A stretch of 54,835 nucleotides of DNA from a virus (lineage: Duplodnaviria > Caudoviricetes): the IMG/VR virus record IMGVR_UViG_3300042503_000400, positions 1 to 54,835 of that record. One strand, written 5' to 3'. The number at the start of each line of letters is the position of its first letter. The stretch's first letter is position 1. The position numbers were made by a program, and so were the translations under genes. Positions 17,101 to 26,373 of the stretch are shown piece after piece. The notes below the pieces were generated by a model. That model searched no databases, had not been told where the DNA came from, and saw only the letters and a program-made list of their open reading frames with translations.

Positions 17101-20100
17101 TTCATAGCTACGCCACTCGGTGCTGTTCTCGGTCAGACCCTCGATCCCCGGGAAGCGCTCCTTCTTCTTGACGGTCTTGCCGCCCTCCTCGAACTCCACG
17201 TCGTAGTCAAACCCGTCGCGCATCTGTTCAAAGGTGCGAGTGCCGTTCTTCTGCAGCCGTTCAATCTCGGGGGTGTTGCGGGTAAGTTTGTCCCCGTCGA
17301 TCCGGAACAGTGGCACACGACCAAGATCACCGCCTGCTTTCGCGTAGTCAGAGGCGCCGCGGCGAAGACCCGCCATCAACATTTTACTGACGGTGCTGCG
17401 CTGCGCGTTAGAAATACCGCCAAGCTCTCCGTATACGGCGCGGCTTAGCGCCACCCGCATCATCTCGTTGTACTTGGTCTTGAGCGACATAGAGATGTCG
17501 CGGGCTTGCTTTAGGGAGTCATCAAACGCAGCGGACCCGGGGTTAATCCGTGCACGGTAGTTGGCGAGACTGAGCACCTGAGCCTTGAACCGGTCTAGGG
17601 AGTCAATCGTGTTGATGTTGCGAGCTTTGATGAAGTCCCACGCTTCGCCAAAAGACTGCGGAGCCGCGCCCAAATCGTCGCGCATCAGCCCCACTTCGAT
17701 GTTCACGTCACGCAGGGACTTGCCGGTTGAGAACCGCCCTGTATCACCCGAGGTTTCCACGTTGTGCAAGCGTTGCCCTACAGACCCCGCGTCGAAAGTA
17801 ACCCCCGTGCCGTAGCGCACATAGCGCCGGGACTGGTCGAGCAGGTAGCGGGTCATCTCATCGCCGTAACGCACGCCGAGCTTGTTTAGGATGCTCTTGA
17901 TAGAGTTCCACACCCGGGCCACGAGACTGGTGTCGAGGATGGCTGCGTAGTCCGACAAGTATTCTTCCACGGCCTCGGCTCTGGAGAGACCGGGACGCGC
18001 AGCCATAGCTGCGTCGGCTGCCCGTGACACGCGCTCATCAAGGTTGTACACCGCTTCCATCAGAGCGTCGAACTTCGCGCCGGGCATGATGGCCCGCAGG
18101 CCATAGTGGCCCATGCTCTCGTGGGCGAGGACGAAGTTAAGCTGCTGCTCGGTGGCAATGCGATCGGTGAAGACGACGACCTGACCGTCGCCGAAGGAGT
18201 AACCCATGGCCTGAGCGGTGTCGAAGTCGCCCTGCGGGCGGGCTGCCACGGCGCGGGCGTAAAGCTGTGGGAACTTGGCCTTGAGGTCAGCCTGATTGCG
18301 GACCACGGTGACCTTGGGTGCACGTGCCAGCTTGCTGAGGAAGTTCCTGACCAAGAGCTGCACGCGGCCGGGCGCGATGGCAGTGATGGGTTTGCCGTCC
18401 AGATCGACGACACCCTCGATGGTGTTCCAGTTGGCGAGGGCGAAGCCGCCACGAGCAGTCAGTTCGCCACGCTGAACATTCGGTTCGTTCTGGGCGTTGA
18501 CGTAGGCCAGCAGTGGGACGTTACCCCGACCCCGCAAGGCGGTACGACCTTCTTCGCCAAGGGCTTTAACCGCCACAGCGGTCTCACGAAATGCCTTTAT
18601 AAACCCAGACGGTAGATCGGTATTGCTCGCACGGCTCGCGGCAAATACGTCAAGCATCGTGTTCAACGTGTGGATTGCAGTAGACCCACCGACTTGAGAT
18701 TCTAGAGCTTCACCTGCGGCTTCCATCTCGGGTACAGACCCGACACTTTTATATTTATCCCAGAGTTCTTTCGCATAGGTCTGGTCAGCAGATGACAGCG
18801 TAGCAACGTACTCTTTGGCACGCCGTAGGCGAGCACGATAGGCAGCGGCCAGTTCCGGATCAGTGTCCTTGAGCCCCTTGGGGGTACGACCTTCGGCGAT
18901 TGCCATCACGCCAAACAACGCTTGGTCCCGCTCATCAGCGGCCAACTCGGGGTCTGCCAGTTCCTCGATGTACCCGTCCAGTTCGGCATTTAGCAACTCT
19001 GCGTCAGACACGGCCTGCGCACCGGCCTCGTCTTTGGCCCGTTCAACGGCTTGCTCAAAGGTAACCGCTTCGCGGGTCTGTACTGCGGTTGGCGCTGTAC
19101 GTTCTGCCTCCCGGCGGGCTGCTATAGCCTCTCTATTCTGACGCGGTGTCCTGTAGGTCCCGCCAGCAGTAAACTTGTCAAGTACAGCTTCCACATTGGC
19201 TGCAGCGGTGGCTTCTCTACCACCAGTTCTCGTGGTTCCTTTTTCGGCAAGCGCGGCAAACGCACTCGGCCGTGTTGGTGCCGTAGTTACTTCGGTAAAG
19301 ATCGAAGATGGCTCAGCCCGAGGTTTGGGTTGGGCAGGCACACCCGGGCCCTCGGGCACCGCCTCGGCCCGAGGTTTAGGTTGGGCGGCAGCGCCTCGCC
19401 GGACTGTCGCCGCCTTGGGTGCAGCAGCTTTGGGCGCACCCTGACGCTGGATGCCGGCCTTGCCGGTTGGTTTGGTCGGCGCCGGAGGCGGTGGCGGGGG
19501 CGCAACAGCGCGGTCGATCGCAGCGTTCACTGCGTCGGGGTCACTGGCGATTAGGGTACCAATGCCCTGCGCATCCGTGCCGAGGTCGGCGAGGACAGCC
19601 TGCTGCTGCTCCGGGGTGAGGGCACCCAAGCGCTCGATGACGTCACGCTGCTTCTTCGGCAGCGGCTTGGCTTTCAGCGGGGCCTTGGCCTTGGGCGCGG
19701 GTGTGGCCTTCGCCGCCGCCGCTCTCTGTGCCTTGGTGAGCGGTCGCGCTACGGGAGCGGCAACAGGAGTAGGTACAGGCGGCACTCGCGTGTCCGGCGT
19801 AACTCCCGCACCCACGTCCTCGATCCGACTGCGCAGCCCCGCGAGCACCCTAGTGGCGTCAGTGTATTCTGCCCCCGCCCGTTGCTGCTGGACCCTGTCA
19901 CCGGTCGCACGCGCTTGGATGAGGGCTCGGTTCGCAGCCTCGACCCGTGCCTCAGCCTCCATCAGGTTGTTGTAGTACAGCCGATCGGCAGGAGTGGCGG
20001 CTCCTGCTACCTGCTCCGCTACCGACATGTCGGCAGCCCTACCACGCGCAGCAAGTTCCTCCCCGCGGGCGGCACGCTGTAGCGATCGGCCGGCTGCAGC

Positions 20101-21894
20101 CTGCGCGACTTCGCCCTCTAGTGCTGCATCAAGCGCAGCACCCTGCCTGTTGGCTGCGGCTGAGCGACTGCCGCGAAGTAGGTTGCGGGCCATCGCGCCC
20201 CGGGCGACGTCTACGGCCTGCGTAGCGTCAAGCGCAGCATCGCGTGCTTCCACCGCGGCTCTCCGCTCGTTCGCGCGCAGCAGCGTGATAGGGGCAGGCG
20301 GACCCTGCATCGGGCCAAGCGGAGCAGGCCCTTGCATCTCGCCGAGCGGCGCGGGCCCCTGCATCGGGCCAAGCGGAGCAGGCCCTTGCATCTCACCAAG
20401 CGGCATCGGCCCCTGCATCGGGCCAAGCGGAGCAGGCCCTTGCATCTCACCAAGCGGCATCGGCCCCTGCATCGGGCCAAGCGGAGCAGGCCCTTGCATG
20501 TAGTCTTCTAGCCGCGGACCCTGCATCGGTCCAAGCGGCGCTGTGTCGGCCGGTGCCTCTTTCTCAGCCGCCTGCTCAGTGGCAGTGGTGTTCAGATCGA
20601 GCGGCTTGTCAGTAGGAACTGGTGGCTTGGGAGCGCCACGCGCAAACGCACCCTGTGGGAGCGCGACACCAACACCGCCACCGAGGAGGGCACCAGCACC
20701 TGCTGCCACGAGCATCTGCTCGCCGTACCGTTCGGCGATATAGGGGGCCAGTACTTTCCAGTCCTGCGGGGACAGGTTGTCGTGTACCATGGGGTCGAAC
20801 AGCACAGACTCAAGGAAGGTCTGCGCCACTTCCGTGCCAGCTTCCGCAAAGCCAGTGGCAACACCAGAGGTCAGTCGACGGCGAACCGCACTCTTGGCTG
20901 CGTTCTCAGCTGCGGCTTTAACGACCGGGCTCAGCAGTCGGCTTTCGATACCGAACGTGTCGAGGTAGGAGTTAGCCAGTGCGCCGCCGAGGACGCCCAC
21001 CTTAACCAGTGGATCGCTCAGGTCCTGCTGGTTGCGGACAGCCGCGTCGTACATACCGGCGAGGTGGATGGGGAAGTTAGCCCCAGCTGCGCCAGCAGTA
21101 GCGGCGCGTGTTACACCTTGAGTAGCCATACCGGCACGAGAAGCCAGCGACGCGGCACCCATACCACCCGCTAACGACCCCACCAGCAGCGGGATGGACT
21201 CGATGGACCCGTCGACGATCTGCTCCCACAGAGAGCTGTTCTCAGCAATGAGCGCGGAGCGCAGCTGTTCGTTCTCAGAGTCACCAAGAAGCGACTCGAC
21301 CGGAGCACGCAGCGCAGCACCCGTTTCCTCGAAGCCCGCCAGTGTCGCGGCCGTACCCGGCAGCGTGCCAAGACCGTAGGCTAGGTTCTTGAGACCACGA
21401 CCCAGCAGTTCCCCGGTGCCACGGCGCTCGGAAAACGACGCGAGGTACTGCCCGAACGCGTTACCGGGTAGAGCAACCCACCCAGCGCCAGTAGGGCGAG
21501 TGGTATTCCCCGGCGTCTGAGCAGCTTCAAGCGCAGAGCGGACGTCATCAGCTTTGAACACACGGTCGCCAGCGAACATTTCGTTCGTGGCTTGGTTGAA
21601 GTAGGCCGTGGCGGGAGGACGCACTGGCGTACCAGCGGGGGTACCAAGAGTCGGTCCCTCGAACAAACTCGCTGCGCGGGCGTCCCCGGCCGCACGGGCT
21701 TCGTTAAGCGTAGTCAGTGCCGAAGGCGCTTGCCGCGGAACCACGCGGCCGGAAACGAGTGTGTCTGCGTCTGTCGGTTGAAGACTACCGGCGCCCATGC
21801 GGGTTGCCGGATCATCCCCGAAACGAGCGGACGGGACACGAAGCCCCGTCCCCATAGCTTGGCTGACCGGCCTGTCAAAAAACATTTCAGCCAT
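14128..21894 (-). CDS. Giant internal virion/ejection (polyvalent-type) protein, 2588 aa
   Basis: Last and largest gene of the structural operon; AHESMGHYGLR zincin-like motif and YVPILREG (PLxRFG-like) motif. Confidence 0.75.
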   Translation of the reverse strand: MAEMFFDRPVSQAMGTGLRVPSARFGDDPATRMGAGSLQPTDADTLVSGRVVPRQAPSALTTLNEARAAGDARAASLFEGPTLGTPAGTPVRPPATAYFNQATNEMFAGDRVFKADDVRSALEAAQTPGNTTRPTGAGWVALPGNAFGQYLASFSERRGTGELLGRGLKNLAYGLGTLPGTAATLAGFEETGAALRAPVESLLGDSENEQLRSALIAENSSLWEQIVDGSIESIPLLVGSLAGGMGAASLASRAGMATQGVTRAATAGAAGANFPIHLAGMYDAAVRNQQDLSDPLVKVGVLGGALANSYLDTFGIESRLLSPVVKAAAENAAKSAVRRRLTSGVATGFAEAGTEVAQTFLESVLFDPMVHDNLSPQDWKVLAPYIAERYGEQMLVAAGAGALLGGGVGVALPQGAFARGAPKPPVPTDKPLDLNTTATEQAAEKEAPADTAPLGPMQGPRLEDYMQGPAPLGPMQGPMPLGEMQGPAPLGPMQGPMPLGEMQGPAPLGPMQGPAPLGEMQGPAPLGPMQGPPAPITLLRANERRAAVEARDAALDATQAVDVARGAMARNLLRGSRSAAANRQGAALDAALEGEVAQAAAGRSLQRAARGEELAARGRAADMSVAEQVAGAATPADRLYYNNLMEAEARVEAANRALIQARATGDRVQQQRAGAEYTDATRVLAGLRSRIEDVGAGVTPDTRVPPVPTPVAAPVARPLTKAQRAAAAKATPAPKAKAPLKAKPLPKKQRDVIERLGALTPEQQQAVLADLGTDAQGIGTLIASDPDAVNAAIDRAVAPPPPPPAPTKPTGKAGIQRQGAPKAAAPKAATVRRGAAAQPKPRAEAVPEGPGVPAQPKPRAEPSSIFTEVTTAPTRPSAFAALAEKGTTRTGGREATAAANVEAVLDKFTAGGTYRTPRQNREAIAARREAERTAPTAVQTREAVTFEQAVERAKDEAGAQAVSDAELLNAELDGYIEELADPELAADERDQALFGVMAIAEGRTPKGLKDTDPELAAAYRARLRRAKEYVATLSSADQTYAKELWDKYKSVGSVPEMEAAGEALESQVGGSTAIHTLNTMLDVFAASRASNTDLPSGFIKAFRETAVAVKALGEEGRTALRGRGNVPLLAYVNAQNEPNVQRGELTARGGFALANWNTIEGVVDLDGKPITAIAPGRVQLLVRNFLSKLARAPKVTVVRNQADLKAKFPQLYARAVAARPQGDFDTAQAMGYSFGDGQVVVFTDRIATEQQLNFVLAHESMGHYGLRAIMPGAKFDALMEAVYNLDERVSRAADAAMAARPGLSRAEAVEEYLSDYAAILDTSLVARVWNSIKSILNKLGVRYGDEMTRYLLDQSRRYVRYGTGVTFDAGSVGQRLHNVETSGDTGRFSTGKSLRDVNIEVGLMRDDLGAAPQSFGEAWDFIKARNINTIDSLDRFKAQVLSLANYRARINPGSAAFDDSLKQARDISMSLKTKYNEMMRVALSRAVYGELGGISNAQRSTVSKMLMAGLRRGASDYAKAGGDLGRVPLFRIDGDKLTRNTPEIERLQKNGTRTFEQMRDGFDYDVEFEEGGKTVKKKERFPGIEGLTENSTEWRSYESVRKAMDGIELELLEAHYQSLIDNRDLMFRKLAQSVTDGELTADERAALVTVAETYSNLYTTDVTVSESGGARLDPDYQTYANDVLRQTNMALIGESTDRFDALRKLLVEPRVFIKGEAGSEVDRTLPAAMEAQIADDLIAKLKGFRQRLSLKGDKFAVQDKVKQIITAEIANQDADAYTKRTLFTGYVPILREGRFQMRVVALVGGKPVQVKDSYREQLVYSQFDSLSEAVEMSGKANEAFGNTPFEVMYYSDAAQGYVLGNVTLQAVPETALETVAAPPDLNLNEFLRGIRQFDINLSPQKLEQLVVALTRQNSSARNRLMRAFTPGADPDAIMAASRHIEGRASTVAKIATRVRRSELMDRSMRSTNELWNAELKDPRTGRDWAEVLKERADAMDADPTVSREAKVDARRIYEAYAHMVQQTRGGPANRANQFYGEAAKTMEFVEGNRSVDESDFGAKPWVSALRAITSMVQLGGSVATGAMNFVALETNVVPYLASYNSKTAFGGGFGLGNVHKEMVRAAVQVGGRSIVDSRFDTAEFFAEVEASDKLQKQFGLSAREAQFLKEGILDGKLTPAQTNSLIGTSRGRVTRGATQKAIDVWMWTFNSFERASRQTAGLTAYRLEYARKLAAGKTEAEAHDQATQFSLQALDLTLGDYAVLNRPPAWRSGIQSFAYMYKVFVTTSVQLLANMDRKGQIFMLGSLWMLTGLAGLPFAEDLEDVIDTIAQTLKISGWQGARYEAAQMLDSIFPGMSPLLMQGLVNQFVPGDVAAKTSLGDLLPGSGALIAGADPFRSVMEILGPAAGMIGATGTFAKQALTAPFTATVDVEDVLRESPVTMMRAAGEAYVYMQNGAITDRRGYTVSPEMSAGVVLTRVLGFYPVAASRQYEMIGMAKRITDYQREQTTAYRTGWVKAMMEGDRARAREIEAEVDTWNAGSKGTGLEIKNFVKNSQRALKEADRPAMERTLRSAPNAAERDLQNLIDLMTLN
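20299..20541 (-). repeat. Nine 27-bp tandem units encoding xPLG(P/E)MQGP
   Basis: Alternating 27-mers giving a 54-bp period (for example 20361 vs 20415); one divergent unit (RLEDYMQGP). Confidence 0.95.
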
Positions 21895-21897
21895 GGT

Positions 21898-23820
21898 TTA
21901 CCCCCCGATGTCGACAAGCACGGTCTGCGGCCCTGCGGCTGTATCTTGCACCTGTAGTTGGAACGCTGCAACCTGTTGTCCGTTGGAGAGCACCACAATC
22001 GTGTCCTCCCCGAGCTTCTGGTAGTTATAGTCTGCGGCCGGGCCGGGCAGCTTGCCGCTGGCAACCAACGCCGCCTTGAGCTGCTCGACCTGCACATCAT
22101 TCAGCTTGGTGCCGAGGTCTTGCTCGATTGCCAGCGCCATGTCGAAGGCTTTTTGGTCAGCGTCCAAGGCGGCTTGGTTCTGGTCGATCGTGGTCTGCTG
22201 ACGGATAGCTTCATCAGTTTTGAAGGTTTCCTTAGCGCGTTCTGCTTCCGCAGCAGCAACCTGTGCACGGTAGCCAGCGTCAATCGTCTGCAGCATTTCA
22301 TCGCCCATACCGGCAAGGTCAGCGTCAGCTTGCGACAGTTGACCGTTCATGTAAACGTCGCCCAGCCCATTACCCTTCGGGATAATGACGACGTCAGCGC
22401 CGCCATACACCATGGATGCCACTGCACTCAGGCGCTGCGCACTGTTGAAGTTGGTAGCCTCGTTAACGCCCAGCGTGAGCTGCTGCGTAAGGATCATGGT
22501 TTCCAGCTCGCGCACCTTGCTGACGGCGGTCATGTAACCATTGAGGTCGCCTCTGTTCATAGCATCTTCGGCCGCGTAGGCGTACAGCGCACGCTCTTGT
22601 TCGGCGATGGCCGAGAAGTTCGGGTCGAACACAGGACTGTTCTGCTGCGAGACAAGTGCCGGCAGGTCCACATTGCCTGCCGGAGTCCTGCCGATGTCGG
22701 CGAAGAACATCTCTGTCGGGGTCGGTGCTGCGCCAAGGCGCTCACCAAACGTCATGGTCTGGCCGGTCGGTTGCTGCGCCGTTCCGACGCCCGCACCGAA
22801 CCCCAAGGTGTAATCACCCAGTGGCTGATACGGTGCGGGCTCTGGTGGGCGTACACCCGCGGGCGGGAAGCGCATAGCGTCACCGCCCATGTCCTCCACG
22901 GGCACCCTGATAGGTCCGTTAGGTCCTTGGATGGTAATCATCTGCGGCGGCACGTAGCCTTCTGGGTAGTACGGACCCGCCGGTACTTGACGTGCACCGA
23001 GAACTTCGGGGCCTTCCAGAGCAGTGGCGCCGCGAACGGACACGGCCCCGGGCCGCTGTCCCGCCTCGGCAATCAGAGCATCTAGCGCCCGCTCTTCGGC
23101 AACGAGTGCGTCAAGGTCCTCCGACCCCCGTCCGCCTTCTTGCCGCGCGGCTACGTCATCAGCCCGGCGCCGTTGGATGTCTCTCTTAATCTCCTGCATA
23201 AGCGGCAAAGCATTGCTGTCCAGCCACACGTCACCATAGCCCGGTATGCTGACGAATTGCTCCTCCAGCCGCCCTTGCGTTGCTCGCGCAGCAAAGTCGC
23301 CCGGGCGTGCAGACAGGTCACCGGCTCCCGGTGTATAGAATGTCGGTGTCATCAACGCGCCAAGCGTGTCAGTACCCGCGCCGCCGCTTACAGAAGTCGA
23401 CCCCGCCCCACCAGAGATATTGGCGTTAGCTGCTGCAGGCGCGGCAGGAGCCCTAGTACCCATGCTTAGCGGTATACGAACACCGCCCTGTGGGGCAGAA
23501 GGTGCGCCGGGGACGGTAGCACCACTGCCAGTGGCTGGCGCCCCAATACGAAAGAACGGTTGCGCAGTTCCAATACCGGCGAGTGCTGCTTTGTTGGCAG
23601 CTCTAGCAGCGGCTGCCTCAGCTGTTGCCGCCGCACGGCGACGCTTGGCTTCCTCACGGTCTTCGACCTTGAACTGCTGGTCCTGCGCGCGGATGTTCAT
23701 CTCCTGACGCGATGACCGCTGGCCGAGGGCAGTGGTTACACCCGTACCAAACGCCTCAGACATACGCGGATCGGGCGCACCGACGCCGCCAATGATGCGG
23801 TTACCGAAGACTTGGACCAT
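21898..23820 (-). CDS. Putative internal virion protein
   Basis: 640 aa, Ala/Gly/Pro-rich with helical segments, upstream of the giant gene; GGAGG RBS. Confidence 0.65.
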   Translation of the reverse strand: MVQVFGNRIIGGVGAPDPRMSEAFGTGVTTALGQRSSRQEMNIRAQDQQFKVEDREEAKRRRAAATAEAAAARAANKAALAGIGTAQPFFRIGAPATGSGATVPGAPSAPQGGVRIPLSMGTRAPAAPAAANANISGGAGSTSVSGGAGTDTLGALMTPTFYTPGAGDLSARPGDFAARATQGRLEEQFVSIPGYGDVWLDSNALPLMQEIKRDIQRRRADDVAARQEGGRGSEDLDALVAEERALDALIAEAGQRPGAVSVRGATALEGPEVLGARQVPAGPYYPEGYVPPQMITIQGPNGPIRVPVEDMGGDAMRFPPAGVRPPEPAPYQPLGDYTLGFGAGVGTAQQPTGQTMTFGERLGAAPTPTEMFFADIGRTPAGNVDLPALVSQQNSPVFDPNFSAIAEQERALYAYAAEDAMNRGDLNGYMTAVSKVRELETMILTQQLTLGVNEATNFNSAQRLSAVASMVYGGADVVIIPKGNGLGDVYMNGQLSQADADLAGMGDEMLQTIDAGYRAQVAAAEAERAKETFKTDEAIRQQTTIDQNQAALDADQKAFDMALAIEQDLGTKLNDVQVEQLKAALVASGKLPGPAADYNYQKLGEDTIVVLSNGQQVAAFQLQVQDTAAGPQTVLVDIGG

Positions 23821-23832
23821 GGGTGCCTCCTA

Positions 23833-24726
23833 TTAGGCGATGTTACCGTACATTTGCCCGAAACCACCAGCCAAGTCACGACCAAAATCCGCCCGGCGTT
23901 TGTACAGGTCTTCGTAGATGGCCATGTTAAGCTCGGCTCCCGTGGTCGGGACGTTGGTTGGGAGTTGCGCAAGCCCTGCGGCTTTAGTTTGCGCAGCACG
24001 AGCCTGTTCGCCAGTGACAGCAGCGGTGCCAAGACGGGCACCCTCGATCGAAGCGCGACGACGCTCCGCGGTCTGGAGACCCGGGCGACCAGAGATGGCG
24101 GCAGTACGCTCGACATCACGCAGGCCGCGCTGAGTGCCCATCTGGGCCTCAGCAAACGCACGCTCCGGGTTGGCCTCGCCAGCTTGGAGGAGAGAACGTG
24201 CGCCTGCTAGGCGCTCGTCGAAGACACCACGCTCAGTGGCGGCGGTCTCGGCATTACGCGCAACAGCCTCGCGTTCTTCGGGGGTCAAGTTCTGCGGCGC
24301 CTTACCAAACATGGCCATGGCCACCGGTGCAAGGTTGCCGATGTTAAGGCCTGAGAAGAACCCGCCACCTCCCCCGCCCGCAACCGCCGGGGCTGTTTTT
24401 ACCAGCGCGTCACCTACTGCAGCCCCGGTCTCCGCACCACCTGTGATACCGCCAAACATGCCTTTAGCGGCTTGTCCGATCTGGCCGAAGCCACCTGCTG
24501 CACCAAAGCCACCAAGCCCACCAAGCGCTGCTCCGATCCTTGGGTCTACCCCAGCTGCGGCCGCACCAAGTCCGCCGATGGCGGCACCCGTCAGTGCTGA
24601 GCCGAGCGCCCCGGAGATACCGATGGCGCCAGCGATGGGGGCAGCGATGAAGGGGGCAGCGATCATGGCCACAGCCCCGGCTACTTTCTTAATGCCGCGC
24701 CACACTTTCGACAGGAAGCCCATCAC
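23833..24726 (-). CDS. Putative DNA-transfer/pilot-like internal virion protein
   Basis: GFLSKVWRGIKKV amphipathic start, Gly/Ala-rich hydrophobic stretch, helical C-terminus. Confidence 0.65.
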   Translation of the reverse strand: MMGFLSKVWRGIKKVAGAVAMIAAPFIAAPIAGAIGISGALGSALTGAAIGGLGAAAAGVDPRIGAALGGLGGFGAAGGFGQIGQAAKGMFGGITGGAETGAAVGDALVKTAPAVAGGGGGGFFSGLNIGNLAPVAMAMFGKAPQNLTPEEREAVARNAETAATERGVFDERLAGARSLLQAGEANPERAFAEAQMGTQRGLRDVERTAAISGRPGLQTAERRRASIEGARLGTAAVTGEQARAAQTKAAGLAQLPTNVPTTGAELNMAIYEDLYKRRADFGRDLAGGFGQMYGNIA

Positions 24727-26012
24727 ATCTCTCCTTTATCTTCTGCGCCACGCGTTTTGGCAATCATCTTGTCGAGGTGGTCAGTCCCCAGCCTCCGAAC
24801 CACGTCAGCAGGGATGACGTACTCACCCTCGTGGGCGTTGATCGGGATCGACCCATCCGGGTTCTTGCTCTTGGCCGGCAGTGCGCCGCCCTTAGCCATC
24901 GACATCTGGGGTGCCTGTCCTGCGGACATCGGCATGCCGCCTTGCTCTGGCGCAGGCGTGGTCATCTGTCCACCACCCATGGTCTTGCCAATGATGTAGA
25001 GGATGATGAGGAACCCTTGGTCGTACTCCGCGCCGACGTCCTCGGCGTCCAGCATGCCCTGCTGGATCAGAACTTGGCGCAGCTGCGGCCACATGTCGGG
25101 GTTCTGCAACGCCGTCGTGGCGACCTGAACAAACATGTTGAGGCTTTGGGCGTCGATCTCACCAGCCGCCATGGCTTGCTGGACTTGCGCCTTGATCTGT
25201 TCAACCTGCTGCGGGTTCTGCTGCATGAACTGCTGCGCCTGCTGGTCGATGGCAGCGAAGTTAAGCGGACGGCCCTGACCGCCCTGCGGAGCGAGACCAA
25301 CCACAGGAGCGCCGCCTTGCTGGGCGACGTTCATAGCCATGGGAGAAGCCATCGGGCGCTGTGGCATGCCGCCGGGGCCGACCATCCCGCCCTCAGCATA
25401 GGACTGCATGGGCATGTCGAGCATACGCGCCAGCGCGGGCGGCAGATCAAGCGACGCCGTCGACGGGCGGATGGGGGCGCCATCCTTGCCCACGTAGCCA
25501 CCGGCCTCATAGGTCGGGACGCGCGAACGCTCGGCGTTGCGGCGGCTGATCTCCTCGCCGATCAGAAGCAGGTTACTGGAGTCGATCAGGTCGGAGCCCC
25601 CGCTCGGGGGAACCACGGCCGGAGTCGTGACCGGCAGGTCTACGACAGGCAGTACGGGTACCACAGGCTGAGCCGAACGACCTTCGCGCTCGCTACGTAC
25701 TGGCATGGCCGCGCGAGGTGCAGGTTCTGGTGTGGTCCGGGTTACCGGCCGGTCTTGCGCCGTCGGCGCACCCTGCGGGGCGCTAAGCGCCGCGGCCGTG
25801 CGGTTCAGTCTGCTGCTTGGGTCGTTGGTATTAACACCACCGGGGTTGTAGCTACCGCCGCCGCCCTGTCCGGCCGGGGCAATACCCATAGCGTTACCAG
25901 CGCGAGACAACGCGCCGCCGCCTGAGAACGTGGCACCGGACCGGCCAGCACCACCGCCGTCGAACATGTCACGAAGGCCAGTGTATCCGCCGCGAGAGGG
26001 GGCTTTTGCCAT
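24723..26012 (-). CDS. Putative internal virion protein with repeated xxxGG motifs
   Basis: YEAGG, YAEGG and MAKGG motifs; C-terminal HEGEYVIPADVV motif. Confidence 0.65.
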   Translation of the reverse strand: MAKAPSRGGYTGLRDMFDGGGAGRSGATFSGGGALSRAGNAMGIAPAGQGGGGSYNPGGVNTNDPSSRLNRTAAALSAPQGAPTAQDRPVTRTTPEPAPRAAMPVRSEREGRSAQPVVPVLPVVDLPVTTPAVVPPSGGSDLIDSSNLLLIGEEISRRNAERSRVPTYEAGGYVGKDGAPIRPSTASLDLPPALARMLDMPMQSYAEGGMVGPGGMPQRPMASPMAMNVAQQGGAPVVGLAPQGGQGRPLNFAAIDQQAQQFMQQNPQQVEQIKAQVQQAMAAGEIDAQSLNMFVQVATTALQNPDMWPQLRQVLIQQGMLDAEDVGAEYDQGFLIILYIIGKTMGGGQMTTPAPEQGGMPMSAGQAPQMSMAKGGALPAKSKNPDGSIPINAHEGEYVIPADVVRRLGTDHLDKMIAKTRGAEDKGEM

Positions 26013-26025
26013 ACCGGGTATCCTT

Positions 26026-26373
26026 TCAGCGTCTCAACTGTGAGATCAGAGTATTCAATGCTGCCCTTAGTTGGGCCACGTCATTTGTCAGAGACTGCAC
26101 GTCACGAACCAGCAACTGATAGTCGGACAAGGATGGCACCTGTGCACCACTGATTGTAAACCCCGATCCTACAGCAGATACTGCACGAATGGAAGGTTCT
26201 GGTGCACTGGTAATAGCGACCGACGACTTTAGCAATGCTCTGCTGGACAGGTCCTGTTCACCACGGGTGCCAATCAGAAGCTCGATGTTCTGTTTCATGG
26301 CGTTGAGGACACGAACCTGCCACTCCTCTACGCCAATCTGTGGCAGTGAGGGTATACCTGTAAACCGTGCCAT
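26026..26373 (-). CDS. Hypothetical tail-associated protein
   Basis: 115 aa with C-terminal coiled coil, coupled to the nozzle gene. Confidence 0.65.
   Translation of the reverse strand: MARFTGIPSLPQIGVEEWQVRVLNAMKQNIELLIGTRGEQDLSSRALLKSSVAITSAPEPSIRAVSAVGSGFTISGAQVPSLSDYQLLVRDVQSLTNDVAQLRAALNTLISQLRR

Noticed and set aside
20299-20541. CRISPR array
   Set aside because: Units are contiguous in-frame coding repeats with no unique spacers; no cas genes.
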